NCBI RefSeq assembly: GCF_000143415.4
Contig: NW_003314270.1
Location: 248,001-312,000 of the forward strand
Direction of reading: 5' to 3'
DNA: 64,000 bases
From: Selaginella moellendorffii
Taxonomy: Eukaryota; Plantae; Lycopodiophyta
Below are positions 36,501-49,600 of the stretch, one piece after another (the first letter of the stretch is position 1; each line of letters opens with the position of its first letter). The position numbers and the translations under genes are program-made. The notes under the pieces were generated by a model that ran no database searches, was not told the origin of the DNA, and saw nothing but the letters and a program-made list of their open reading frames with translations.

Positions 36501-39500
36501 GGATCCCGACCCCGTGATGTTCCCCTTTTACAAGTTATCTTTGAAATGCACCTTGATGGCTGCATCCAACGCTTTCTTGTAGTTGGTCGGGTTCCACCGC
36601 ATTACTTCGCCGCGAGCCCAGGTTTGCAAACATGATATGAAGGCATGGAACGCATCCAATTCCCCCATGTCTGTGACAAGTATCCTCTTTGCCATAAACC
36701 CATTCACATACTCCTGAATGGTTCCAGTCTGCTTCAGGCTACTCAGCTCGTCCCTTAGGTGCAGAGTAGCATTCGGAGGAACGTAAGTTGCGCAGATCCT
36801 CGCCTTCATCATTTCCCAAGTGGCCACTGGTCCTTCGTTGGCCTCCATTGTTCTCCACCAAGACTTGGCATTATCTGCCAAGTATGGTTTTGCACATGGG
36901 ACCTTCTCCGAGCTCGGTAATCGCAACGCTCGGAAGTAGTCCTCCATATCATAAAACCAATCCTCCACCACCTTATAGTCGTTCACTCCCTTGAAGACCG
37001 GTGGGGGCTTCGGTTTGTACTTGGGAATTGCCTGAGGGACTGATTCCACTTCGGTCTGTTCGACCTTGTCTGGTTTTGCCTCAGTCCCTGCCGAAGGGTC
37101 CGCACCTTCTGCGCTGCCAGCATCCGCAGTCTTTCGCTTTTTCTTCCGCTTCTCATCACGCTTTAGCTTGCGTACGAGAGTCTCTAGCAGGGCATTGGTC
37201 TGTGCCAATTGTCCTTCTAGAACATCCAATCGAGCCTTGGACGACCGAACCTCACCACCGGACTCCTATTTGGAAGTTGCCTCACTGGAGTCCTCCTCAT
37301 GCAAGGATTCCTCATCCATAGCCTCCTGTTCGACCGGAGGCTCCAGCTTTGGAGGAGGTTCCGTCTCCGCCTGGGTTCGCTTACGTCCTGCCCTTGCCAT
37401 CTCCCAGCAATCCGCCTCTATCCTTCGCTAGAACTGAGGAAGAGGCTCCGATACCAAATTGTAAGCCACAATTTTTTCCTTTCTAATTTGCCAGCTTACC
37501 TCGACTATCCGACCAACTTTGCCTTGGCTTGTGCTAAGTTCCCTCGCCAAGGTTCTCGCCTATGGTACCAGCTCCTACTTGGTCCTACTTGGTTTCAGCT
37601 ACTCACTGCACGAGCAACGGAGTGTTAGCCATCCATCTACGGATTCCCAAATCTCTCCCAATCCCCCTCCCCGGGTTAGACTGGACTTAAGGTTCGGCTA
37701 CACTCCCCACAGGCACAAGCAACCAAGCATACCAAGCTTCCAGATTCCTAACACCCCAAGGTACCACAAGACTTGATCATGGGACCCTCTAAATCCCAAG
37801 CCTTGGGTGTAGCACTTGCTTCGGGACGTCGGGGCGAAACACCGTGGCCTAACGGCCCGGTATGGGTACCTCTACCCCCCCACTTCCATCCCAAAGGGAA
37901 GGCCCAAGCCCCTAGGAAGGGCGAGGACCAATGAGCCACAAGGTACTCAAGTGGGGCACCACTCCACCTGAGCCGGGAGCACCGCAGTCGGTTTCCCTTT
38001 TGGGAGTGGGAGCTGCTCTTGAGCACTTCCCTGGGTGGCCCCTCCGGCACCACTCAGGCCCATGCTCACTCCCACCCAAGGCCCCTCGGCCCCAGTCTCA
38101 AGTTTGGAAGCACCACTGGAGAGTTCCTTCAAGACTGGTTCCTGGACCTCACTATCCCTACTATACTTTTGGAACCCCCTGCAGCCCCCCCCCCCCCCCC
38201 CCCCCCTGGGAGACGCACGCTTTGGGCTTTCACCCCTTGACCCGTATTAGTATTTGGACTTAGTCTCTGGCTCGATCTCGGACCCGATTTCGGATCCGAC
38301 TTCAGATTCGGTCTCGGACTCGATCTCGGACTTGATCTCGGACCCGATCTTGGACCCGACCTCGGACTCGACCTCGGACTCGGTCTCGGACCCGATTTCG
38401 GATCTCGGACTCCGTCTCGAACTCGGTCTCGAACTCGGACTCGAACTTGGTCCCCAAGTCGGTCTCGGACTCGATTCCGGACTCTATCTCGAACTCGGTC
38501 CTAGAGTCGGTCTTGGACTCGATCCTCGACTTGGTCCCATCCGATGAACTCTTTGTCATTTCGGTCAAGCTTTTGGGGATCCTTTAGCCTACGACATCTC
38601 GGGGAGTCGGTTCCTTACATTTACATGAGTTTCTCATATGTCTCTAAGGGATGGACTGCAATAGTACAATGGTTTGAGTGTAGCCACTTATAAGGATTGG
38701 AGTAATCTCTTGGATGTCTTCAAACGTGTATTTAGATTTGGGATTTTGGTTTAGATCTAGCTTTTGCATTGTTTAAATCTCTATTTTCTTATAACTTTTC
38801 TCAATTTCTTCTTTTTGTTTTTTCTTTTTCATTCATCTTCATGGCAAAGTAGTAGCCTCCTCTTCCTTTGACTCTAGAGTAGCAGTTGGTGCAATTACTC
38901 AATGCTATGTAGTTGTAATTGAACAATCAAACTTAGCTGATGGCAGTATTTATGACACGTGGTATAGCTCCTCTTGCTCTTGTTACCAATCTTTGCGTCT
39001 TGCCGGAATTTTTCTATGAAAATCCTGGGAATGATGTGTACTATTAGTTTGATCTCTTTATGATGATTACCACATATTATTTTTGGGATAATGTTTGGCG
39101 TTTGCATGAGTTTCCCACATATTTTCAAGGGATGCCACTACAATGGTACAATGGTTTAAGTGTAGCCACTTGTGAGAATTGGAGCATTCTTCTGGACATC
39201 TTCAATCGTGCATTTAGATGTGTTAACAATTGTGATAATGCCTTTCAACAATTGCATTATTTTCGCCAAGAGCCATCTAAGTTCATAATGCAATTTATCA
39301 TTTGTTTCTGAAACCTTTTACTTTATGTAAAGCCAAATATATTAAAGCGGATCAAGTTGGGAATGTTATAGCTAATACTTTGTCAAAATCTTATAGGATT
39401 TGTGCATGCACTTGCTTTAGCCACTCTTGACAATGCTCTTCATTTGGCACAACATTATAATATGTCACCTCTTCCACTTTTCATTGCACGTTCTTCAGCT

Positions 39501-41227
39501 CTACTTCATTTGGGAGATGGTTATGTTCCAATGGATGTTAATGCTACTGCTACCCGAGTTTAAGGTCAAGGGCGAGGACGTGGTCATGGTCATGATATTT
39601 ATTGTTGGGCATGTGATGAAGTTGATCACATTTATCGGCATTATTGACATTTTCCGAATTGGTGACCTCTATTTCCTGAGTGGAGACCTTAGCGTCAATA
39701 ACGTTGTAAGCGACTAATTTTTCCATTCTACTTTAGTCACTTAACCACACCTCCGACCACTTGGAGGAGTCTCACTCACAACCTCTATAAGTCTTATTTC
39801 AAACTTGGGCTTGCTAGCCCCGAGAATGGCATCCCCACCACTCAACCCTTGCACTCGGCCCAAGTGCTCCATGTGTCCGATCCCATGATTGACACCACAA
39901 GGTACCACCGACATATCAGCCCGTTACGCTAAGGCCATGCCCATTCACCTTGGTCATACCGGTGGTCCGACACCACCTCCATCACAGTCCCCTCTCTCAA
40001 AGACCAAGCCATCTGTTCATGAGTGATCATCCCAGATCCACTCCTTAGCATCCTTAGGATGCCCATAGACATGGGGAATAGCCTTCCCCAATATCCCTTT
40101 TCCAGTCCCCACCAAGTCCCTTTTGGTCCATGGCCATGTTCACCAACACTACCATTGGGTCGAGGCCCATAGGCCCGACCACCAAGTCCCACGGTCCTCT
40201 GTGACTTCCTCAGCACCCAACTGTATCCTTGGTCACTACACCAAAGGATTACTCCTCTTCCTTTCCACAGTCTGGGCCTTTGGGACAACATTTCGGAACA
40301 CCGTGGCCTTACGTGAGCCTCGTGGGTACTCTTCCTGCTTTCCATCTTTATGTGCTCTAGCCATGGGCTTAGAGCGAGGTTCCATTAAGCCATGTCTGGT
40401 ATCCAAGTGGTAGTGCCACCCACACTTGGATTGGGAGCATTAGCCAAACGATCTCCCGGGGGAACTAGAGTCGGCTCTTGAACACTTCACCAAGCTACCC
40501 CACTTGTCGGTCCGTGTTCACTCTAGTCTTAGACTTCTCAGTGGGCAACTCATCACCCAACACTAGGTACAGCCTTTCTGGGCCAAACTAGCCTTTCCTG
40601 GCCAAACTGGCTCCACTGTAGTCCTCCCCCTTACTATACTTTTGGAGCTCACCAAACCCCCTAGGGTCTGGGAGATGAACGCTTTGGGCTTTCACCCTCT
40701 CAGACTTGAACTCGGACTCGGACTCGGACTCGGTCTCGGACTCGGACTCAGACTCGGACTCGGACTCGGTCTCGGCCTTGGCCTCGGTCTTAGTCTCTCT
40801 CTCAATCTCGGTCTCGGTCCATCTCGAACACTTCCACGTGTCATGTGTTGGTCCTTTTGGGTCCCTTTTTGGAGCCTTGCTTATTGCTCACTTCGTGCTT
40901 GTTCCTCGAGCACTTTGTTGGGAGTTCCACTCCCACTCTTGACCTTTCAAGTCGGAGCTTTTAGTCCAAACGTGTTATGTTCGTTTGGCTTTCACTTCGG
41001 CCACTACCACATGACGCCCTTCCGGCTCCACTTTGGGGCTTAGGGATTTTGTGTCTCACAACTCCACCACCCATAGATGAAGTTTGATGTCCTCATCGAA
41101 CGGTAAACCCTTTTATAAAGTAACACTTGCAGGTATTACCATTTCCATCCTTGGCACTCGGCCAATATTTGTCTATGGTTTGACCCCGAAGGCTCACCAT
41201 GCCTTGTCCATCCTCTAAGGAGCATAG

Positions 41228-42950
41228 TGTGAGACACAAAATCCCTAGGCCCCAAAGTGGAGCCGGAAGGGCGCCACATAGTAGTGGCCGAAGCGAGAGC
41301 CAAACAAGCGTAACACGTTTGGACCAAAAGCTCTGACTTGAAAAGTCAAGAGCGGGAGTGGAACTCCCAACGAAGTGCTCGAGGAACGAGCACGAAGCGA
41401 GCAAAAGGCGAGGCTCCAAAAAGGGACCCAAAAGGACCAACACATGACACGTGGGAGTGTCCGAGATGGACTCGAGTTGGAGTCTGAAGTGGAGTCCGAG
41501 ATGGAGTCCGAGGTGGACCCGAGATGGACCCGAGATGGAGTCCGAGATGGAGTCCGAGGTGGACCCGAGATGGACCCGAGATGGAGTCCGAGATGGAGTC
41601 CGAGATGGAGTCCGAGGGGGACCCGAGATGGACCCAAAATGGAGTCCGAGATGGAGTCCGAGATGGACCCGAGATGGAGTCCGAGATGTAGTCCGAGATG
41701 GAGTCCGAGATGGAGTCCGAGATGGAGTCCGAGATGGAGTCCGAGATGGAGTCCGAGGTGGACCCAAGATGGACCCGAGATGGAGTCCGAGATGGAGTCC
41801 GAAGTCGAGACCGAGACCGGGACCGAGACCGGGACCGAGACCGGGACCGAGACCGAGATCGGGACCGAGACCGAGACCGAGGCCGAGGCCGAGACCGAGC
41901 CCGAGCCCGAGCCCGAGTCCGAGTCCGAGTCCGAGTCCGAGTCCGGAGCCTGAGAGGGTGAAAGCCCAAAGCGTTCGTCTCCCAGACCCTGGGGGGTTTG
42001 GTGAGCTCCAAAAGTATAGTAGGGGGGAGGACTGCAGTGGAGCCAGTTTGGCCAGGAAAGGCCAGTTTGGCCCAGGAAGGCCAGACCCAGTGTTGGGTGA
42101 TGAGCTGCCCACTAGGAAGTCCAAGACTAGAGTGAACTCAGACCGACAAGCGAGGTAGCTTGGTGAAGTGTTCAAGAGCCGGCTCTAGTTCCCCCGGGAG
42201 ATCGACTGGCCGATGCTCCCAGTCCAAGTGTGGGTGGCACTACCTACTTGGATACCAGGCGTGGCTCAACGGAACCTCGCTCTAAGCCCATGGCTAGAGC
42301 ACCTAAAGGCGATAGGTGGGGAGAGTACCCAGGTGGCTCGCGTAAGGCCATGGTGTTCCGAAATGTCGTCCCAAAGGCCCAGACTGTGGAAAGGAAGAGG
42401 AGCAGTCCTCTGGGGTAGTGACCAAGGACACAGTCGTGTGGTGAGGAAGTCCCAGAGGACCGTGGGACTTAGTGGTCGGGCCTGTGGGCCTCGATCCAGT
42501 GGCAGTGTTGGCAAACACGGCCAGGGGCAGAAAGGGACTTGGTAGGAACTGACAAAGGGACTTTGGGGAAGGCAATTCCCCAGGTCTGTGGGCATCCTAA
42601 GGATGCTAAGGAGTGGATCTAGGATGACCCCTCGTAGACAGATGGCCCAGTCTTGGAGAGACGGGATGGTGATGCAAGTGGTATTGGACCATTTGCGCAG
42701 CAAAGGTGAATGGGCATGGCCTTAGCGTAACGGGCCGAGATGTCAGTGGTACCTTTGGGTGTCGGTCATGGGATCGGACACGTGGAGCACTTGGACCAAG
42801 TGCAAAGGTTGAGTGGCATGGATGCCATTCTCGGGGCTAGCAAGTCCCAAGTCCTGAATGGGACTTGTGGAGGTTGTGAATGAGACTCCTCCAAGTGGTC
42901 GGAGGTGTGGTTAAGTGACTAAAGTAGAATGGAAAAATTAGTCGCCTACA
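41228..42950 (+). mobile_element. Family B solo LTR inserted in B1
   Basis: TG...CA with TSD CATAG; the empty site is seen at ~51940-51965. Confidence 0.93.
41460..41945 (+). repeat. Variable 12-mer (GAGATGGAGTCC) and 6-mer (GAGACC/GAGTCC) arrays inside family B LTRs; related TCGGAC arrays in family C LTRs
   Basis: Also at ~40700-40825, 46900-47390, 52770-53240, 55115-55570, 31910-32140 and 38270-38530. Confidence 0.95.
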
Positions 42951-44625
42951 CATAGTCTCTCCAACATAGAGACTCACTCAACCACTTGGGGTGGTTTGCT
43001 CCCTTTTATTGGTTCAGTTCCCGCTAAACCTGTTAGAGACACCCTCTCTAACTCAATTCCACTACTCATTCTCGAGTAGTCTCAGATTCCATGGACATAA
43101 CCTTTGCATTGGAACTTTTAATTTTGACTTCTTACAGTCAATTTCCTAGGTGTCTCTGACACCTTACGTTGCACATAGTGCAACTCCACTTACCTATCCT
43201 AGGAAGTTCTTTACTTGAGGGTAACACCATCCTCTCTTCGATATCGTGCCACCTTTGGCATTAAGTTCCAGTTATCATAATTGGTGCTAGGGCTGCCCAG
43301 GGCCTTATTACCTTACCGCTCCCCTCTTTGGAGCATCCACTTTCACCAAATGGGAGTGGTTGGGAATCCACCCTTGGGGAAATATTGCTTTTCCCACAAT
43401 CCTTTAGCACCCAACACATTAGTGTCCTCGGCCTAACTTTGCCATTTGGATTCTTTCTCATGATTCCCATAACTCTTTTCTTAGCCACTAGTCTTTTGCT
43501 CCTATCCTTGATTGTTGCACCCAGCAACATAGGATCGCTACCTCCATTTTCGAGGTTTCCTTTCAGTTCTATAACAAACACTTTGCTTTGCCAAGTCTAG
43601 AGGGTGTTCACCCCTAGTACGTCTCTTTAACATTTTCTGCTGTGGGCTCTATCCACGGCCCAACTTTTGAGACCCTCCCTTGGGTCTCTTATAGAGATTA
43701 CTTTCCTTGGACTTTAGCATTGACATAGCTTATTTCCGTTAGGTGTTCTTCCCACTTGGTCCCCTTGACCAAGCCACACCATTATTAATATTTCAAATCA
43801 ACACTTTTGAACTAGGAATCAAATTCCTTAACCCAAACAAAGATCTTGTCCTTGTTTAGCCACAAGATCACCTAGTGATGTCATCTTGACCCCTTAATAA
43901 GTCTACCAATAGGAACTAGGTCTTCCAGACCCTTCTAAGTTGTTGACTATGACCCCAGGGGCATCCCCCACACTTGGTGGTGTGCCCAAGCTAGCCCTTC
44001 CGGCCAAGGATCCATAGCAACTGAGACTGGGTGTCCCCATCTCATTCACCACGTCCTTGGTGCCTTTTGCATCAAAGTGTTCAAGTTAGATATGCCGAGC
44101 TTTCACTCTAAGCAATCTAATCGTGCATCACGACTCCAGGGCATCCCCCGCTTGGCGGTGTGCCCAAGCCAATCTCCTCATTGAGAGTCCATGACCATCG
44201 AAATATGAATGTCCTCATATTCCAAACCATCACCACGCCCTAGTGATTTGGGACTTGAACCCAAGCACTAAAGGGTCGGGACTCAAACCCAACCTCCATA
44301 TATGCATTTATAGATGGCATCACACCGGATGCCTAGTGTGACTCCCCACGCCAGTGCACCAACATGTACTTAAAGCGCGCTATAGATCATAGCTTAGGAA
44401 CCTAGTTCCTCCGCATTACCAAGTCCTCTCACTTGATAAGTCTGTGATCATGCATGGACTCCTCCATGCTCGGCCCCATGGGCCACCCCTTTGAAGTTAG
44501 CACCTTCAACTAGGGGATTTGTTCCCCTAACTTGCCAATCTCACTTAGCAAGTCATCTGGCCATTGTAACATAGTTCATGCATAAGCGTGAAAGTCCTTA
44601 ATCATCAACTTTCGTTCAAAGCCCT

Positions 44626-45182
44626 TGTAAGCAACTAAAGGGAACGACTCGAGAGACAATCCATGGGGTTCAAATATAGAGGGAAAGGGCCTATGAACAA
44701 AAGTGCACCCTCTTTACCAATCGGTTAAGGGTCTTGGGATATTTGGAGTTAAGCATCTTTGGGTTTGAATAGTACTAGGCTGGGTGACCTCCCGGGAAGT
44801 CCAAACTTAGGAGCTTACATTTGGTATCAGAGAGGTCTCGAGTCCGACTCTGTTGATTGGCTAAGGGAATCACACCACATGTTGATTGACATCTGGCTGG
44901 TCCAGTTTGCTCCCACCCGCTCTCTTGAGAGCTGCGGCTCTTACCTTCCGTTCACGAGGGCGTGAACTTGTAGGGAAGCATGGTGGATTGTAAGCAACCA
45001 AAGGGAATGACTCGAGAGACAATCCATGGGGTTCGAATATAGAGGGAAAGGGCCCATGAACAAGAGTGCACCCCCTTTACCAATCGGTTAAGGGTCTTGG
45101 GATATTTGAAGTTAAGCGTTTTTGGGTTTGAATAGTACTAGGCTAGGTGACCTCCCGGGAAGTCCAAACTTAGGAGCTTACA
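44626..45182 (+). mobile_element. Cassandra-type TRIM, intact monomer (LTRs 44626-44819 and 44989-45182)
   Basis: TSD GCCCT; empty site in B2 at ~50590; PBS, PPT and 5S-derived block present. Confidence 0.94.
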
Positions 45183-46666
45183 GCCCTCTCTTTGAACACT
45201 TGGGAACTACTTCCCCAACTTTGATATGGCCAGCTTCAAGACCACACTTCTGTTGCGCCACTCTAATTTCGCGCGCTCTAGGAACCATTTACACTTGGCT
45301 TTCTAGGTACTTATTTACCCAAAATTGTCTTTGGGAACCTTCAAGGAACTCTGTTCCTTAGCTTGCTAAGGCTTCTCCTTTGCAAGCTCCCTACTCACCA
45401 CATGGTCTAACATGGATAATTCCATATTTTAGACTTTCCATGACATTGCAATTGCTAGTAGTAACATCCTTGAGCACTCTCTTGATTCTCCACTCCCAAC
45501 TTGCATAACCACCGTTGGTTATGCCCTTAGATTTCTATGGTTCCGTTCCATCCCAATACTACTTACCCTTTGGCTTCATATGTTTCCCTTGGTTATTCTC
45601 TTCCAGACTAGGAGGATAGCTTTGCACCTTTTACCATGCCTTAGCAAGTATTCATAGGGATGAATTTACCCAATAGCTTAGGGAGTGGTTTTTCAATCTA
45701 AGCATGCTCACCTTATAATCCCACACACCGGGATTAACATTGCTACTTATGGGCTTCTATATGCCCATCACTAACCTTGCCAAAATCCCATTTTTGGCTA
45801 TGTCCAAATCAGGTAGACGAATTTCTCCCATCTCCAGAACCTTGGACATTTGGATAGCACCTCATATCCATCATTCGCTAGGGACTTACTCCCTTGGGCC
45901 TTATCTAAGGCCCCTGCGACACCAAACACCACTTCCTGGTGTTTGTAGAGTGTTTGGGTGTCCCAATGATGGCCTTCTTTGGCAATGAGCATTCCCTTTA
46001 AGACATTGACTTACTATTTCACAACATAAGCAATTTCTCCCCCATAAGGGTATATCTAACTTCTTTATCCCCATAAGAAGTCTTAGGTAGTTACCTTCTA
46101 CCAATTTAACTAATTATTTCGCACCTTTTGCTTAGTTGCCTCATAGTTATCAAGTCTTACAACTCATTGCTGATGCTTCCACACCTCCATCATTATTTGG
46201 GTCACCACACTCTAACCACATGCCTTCCAGCTTAGGCTATGCCATTTCCATTTCCGTTGGGATTCCCTTGGCAAGGGGTTCTTATGAACCCACCAACATA
46301 ACCTTAAGGTATCTCATAGTTGTTTACCACAACTATCTTAGCCCGTTTGTTGCATCAAACGCTCAACTAGATCACACCCTCACTCATTGAGGAAAGCCTT
46401 ACACTGTTCCCAAGATCCCAAAGTTGTTCCATTATTGGCCCTTTTCTATCCACCACCTTGCCTACAAATTCACACGTGAACTATAGTGGAGAGCCATGTC
46501 TTCCCGACTTACTACTCCTTAAGGATAGGCCCACTCCTAGGACCTTCCGATGCCAACACTAGTGGTGATATACTTGAGCACCAATAAAAGTCGGACTAAG
46601 GAACAGCTCCGATACCAAATTGTAAGCGATTAATTTTTCCATTCTACTTTAGTCACTTAACCACAC

Positions 46667-49600
46667 TGTGAGACACAAAATCCCTAGGCCCCAAAGTGGA
46701 GTTGGAAAGGGTGCCACGTGGTAGTGGCCGAAGCGAAAGCCAAATGAGCGTAACACGTTTGGACTAAAAGCTCCGACTTGGAAGGTTGAGAGCGGGAGTG
46801 GAACTCCCAACAAAGTGCTCGAGGAACAAGCATGAAGCGAGCAATAAGTGAGGCTCCAAAAAGGGACCCAAAAGGACCAACACATGACACGTGGAAGTGT
46901 CCGAGATGGAGTCTGAGATGGAGTCCGAGATGGAGTCCAAGGTGGAGTCCGAGGTGGAGTCCGAGATGGAGTCTGAGATGGACCAAGACGGAGTCCGAGA
47001 TGGAGTCCAAGGTGGAGTCCGAGATGGAGTCTGAGATGGAGTCCGAGATGGAGTCCGAAGTGGAGTCTGAGATGGAGTTTGAGATGGAGTCCGAGGTGGA
47101 GTCCGAGATGGAGTCCGAGATGGACCGAGACGGAGTCCGAGATGGAGTCCGACATAGACCGAGACGGAGTCCGAGATGGACCCAAGATGGAATCCGAGAT
47201 GGAGTCCAAGAAGGACCCGAGATGGAGTCTGAGGTTGAGACCGAGACCGGGACCGAGACCGGGACCGAGACAGAGACCGGGACCGAGACCGAGACCGAGG
47301 CAGAGGCCAAGAGCGAGCCCGCATCCGAGTCCGAGTCCGAGTCCAAGTCCGAGTCCGAGTCCGAGTCCGAGTCCGAGTTCGAGTCTGAGAGGGTGAAAGC
47401 CCAAAGAGTTCGTCTCCCAAACCCTGGGGTGTTTGGTGAGCTATGAAAGTATAGTAGGGGGAGGACTGCAGTGGAGCCAGTTTGGCCAGGAAAGGCCAAT
47501 TTGGCCCAGGAAGGCCAGACCCAGTGTTGGGTGATGAACTGACCACTGGGAAGTCCAAGACTAGAGTGAATACGGACCAACAAGCGGGGTAACTTGGTGA
47601 AGTGTTCAAGAGCCGGCTCTAGTTCCCCCGGGAGATCGACTGGCCGATTCTCCCAGTCCAAGTGTGGGTGGCACTACCTACTTGGATACCAGGTGTGGCT
47701 CAACGGAACCTCGCTCTAAGCCCATGGCTAGAGCACCCAAAGGCGGAAGGTGGGGAGAGTACCCAGGTGGCTCGCGTAAGGCCACGGTGTTCCGAAGTGT
47801 TGTCCCAAAGACCCAGACTGTGGAAAGGAAAAGGAGTAGTCCTTTGGTGTGGTGGCCAAGGATACGGTCACGTGGTGAGGAAGTCCCAGAGGACCATGGG
47901 ATTTAGTGGTCAGGCTTGTGGGCCTCGATCCAATGGCAGTGTTGGCACACACGGCCAAGGGCAGAAAGGGACTTAGTGGGGACAGACAGAGGGATATTGG
48001 AGAAGGCTATTCCCCTTGTTAGTGGGCATCCTAAGGATGCTAAGGAGTGGATCTGGAATGACCACTCACGGATGGTTGGCTCAGTCTTGGAGAGACAAGA
48101 CTGTGTTGCAAGTGGTATTGGACTACCTGTGCGGCAAAGGTGATTGGGCATGGCCTTAGCGTAACAGGCTACTATGTCAGTGGTACCTTTGAGTGTTGGT
48201 CATGGGATCAGACACGTGGAGCACTTGGACCAGGTGCAAGGGTGGAGTGGCATGGATGCCACTCTTGGGGCTAGCAAGTCCCAAGTCCTAAATTGGACTT
48301 ATGGAGGTTGTGAATGAGACTCCTCCAAGTGGTCAAAGGTGTGGTTAAGTGACTAAAGTAGAATGGAAAAATTAGTCGCTTACAACTTGGTATCAGAGCT
48401 GTTCCTTAGCCCGACTCTTATTGGTGGCCAAGTATACCACCGCTTGTATTGGAATTGGAAGGTCCTAGATATAGACCTATCCTCGAGGAGTAGCATGTCG
48501 AGAGGACATGGCTCTCCACTCAAGTTCATGCATAAACTTGTGCACGATATGGTGGATGGAAAAGGGGCCAGTAAGGGAACGACTTTGGGATCTTGGGAAC
48601 AATATAAGGGTTTCCTCAGAGAGCTGAGGATGTGATCCAGATGAGCGTTTGACGCAGCAAACGAGCTAATGTAGTTGTGGTAAAAAACTATAGTTGGGAT
48701 CACGGGAAAGATGCAGACTCCAAAACAATAAAGGAGTCACAAGATTACCCTTGTATGGTTGAAGCTGGTACTCATAAATTTGAGACCGGAATTGTTGACC
48801 GTGGGAGGTCAAATACAGAAGAGGACACAAGTCCTCAAAATGGTAGCCGGGGCTACCTCTAATAAATGCTGGAACAACCCAAGGAGTGAGGGTGTACTCA
48901 GAGGATGAGTTGGTATTCTCATCACATGGACAAGTGGTCCTAAGGGGCAAAAGGTTGCCCCAAGAGAACAAATCAAGTGTCGGAGTAACATTTGCAAAGA
49001 TGGTCCTTGTGAGTAGGACCTGGTTACAAGAAGTTGTATTCCAGTGAGCTAGCACCTCAAAAATAAGACCTTATGGGTCGTTAGATTAGCAAAGTCCAAA
49101 ATGCTGGATGACTCAAGTGGAGTCAGGGAATGGTCTTAAGGGATTGGTTGAGGCATTTAGACTGAGGTGTATGGTGCCCCATGAGGTATGGGGAGGATCA
49201 TAAGATCCAATTACGAGAACAGTAGGTATCTCATTGATGGCAGAATGTGCTATACTAAAGTTGTGGGAAAGATATTCCCAGAAGAAAGCAACTTTGGCCC
49301 AGATTTGGGTGCAAACTCTATAGTGTGGTGCTAACAGATAGTTAGCATGAGGAAAAACTATATTGGTCTTGGCAAAGACCTAAACACTAGTAAGGAGTGT
49401 CATAAGGATAGGCTCGTGGGGCCGATAGTGTGGAGACACCAAATGTGCCAAGGTGTGATACCTTGAGGTTATGTTGGTGGGTTCATAAGAACCCTTGCCA
49501 AGGGAATCCCAACGAAAGCGGGAAAGGCATGGCTTAAGCTGGAAGGCATGCGGTTGGAGTGTGGTGACCCAGATAATGATGGAGGTGTGGAAGCACCAAG

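Larger units (their letters stand above)
32629..37400 (-). pseudogene. Chromovirus gag-pol (gag, CCHC knuckle, protease, RT, RNase H, integrase, chromodomain) with several point stops and two introns
   Basis: Single frame from ATG 37400: CYNCGEAGHFSREC, LIDTGAS, YIDDIL, TDASD, H..H/C..C, MDFI, ISDRD, AYHPQT|DGQTE and YEVEAIL...VKWKG...TWEPEENL. Most stops are one C>T change from CGA/CAG/CAA. Confidence 0.95.
31222..38619 (-). mobile_element. Family C: full-length Ty3/gypsy chromovirus; 5' LTR 37460-38619, 3' LTR 31222-32225
   Basis: TGTAAG...CTTACA termini; near-identical LTRs; PBS TGGTATCGGAGC (tRNA-iMet) at 37445-37456; PPT GGGTGGTGGAGT at ~32226-32237; TSD TTTAT/TTTAC. Confidence 0.96.
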
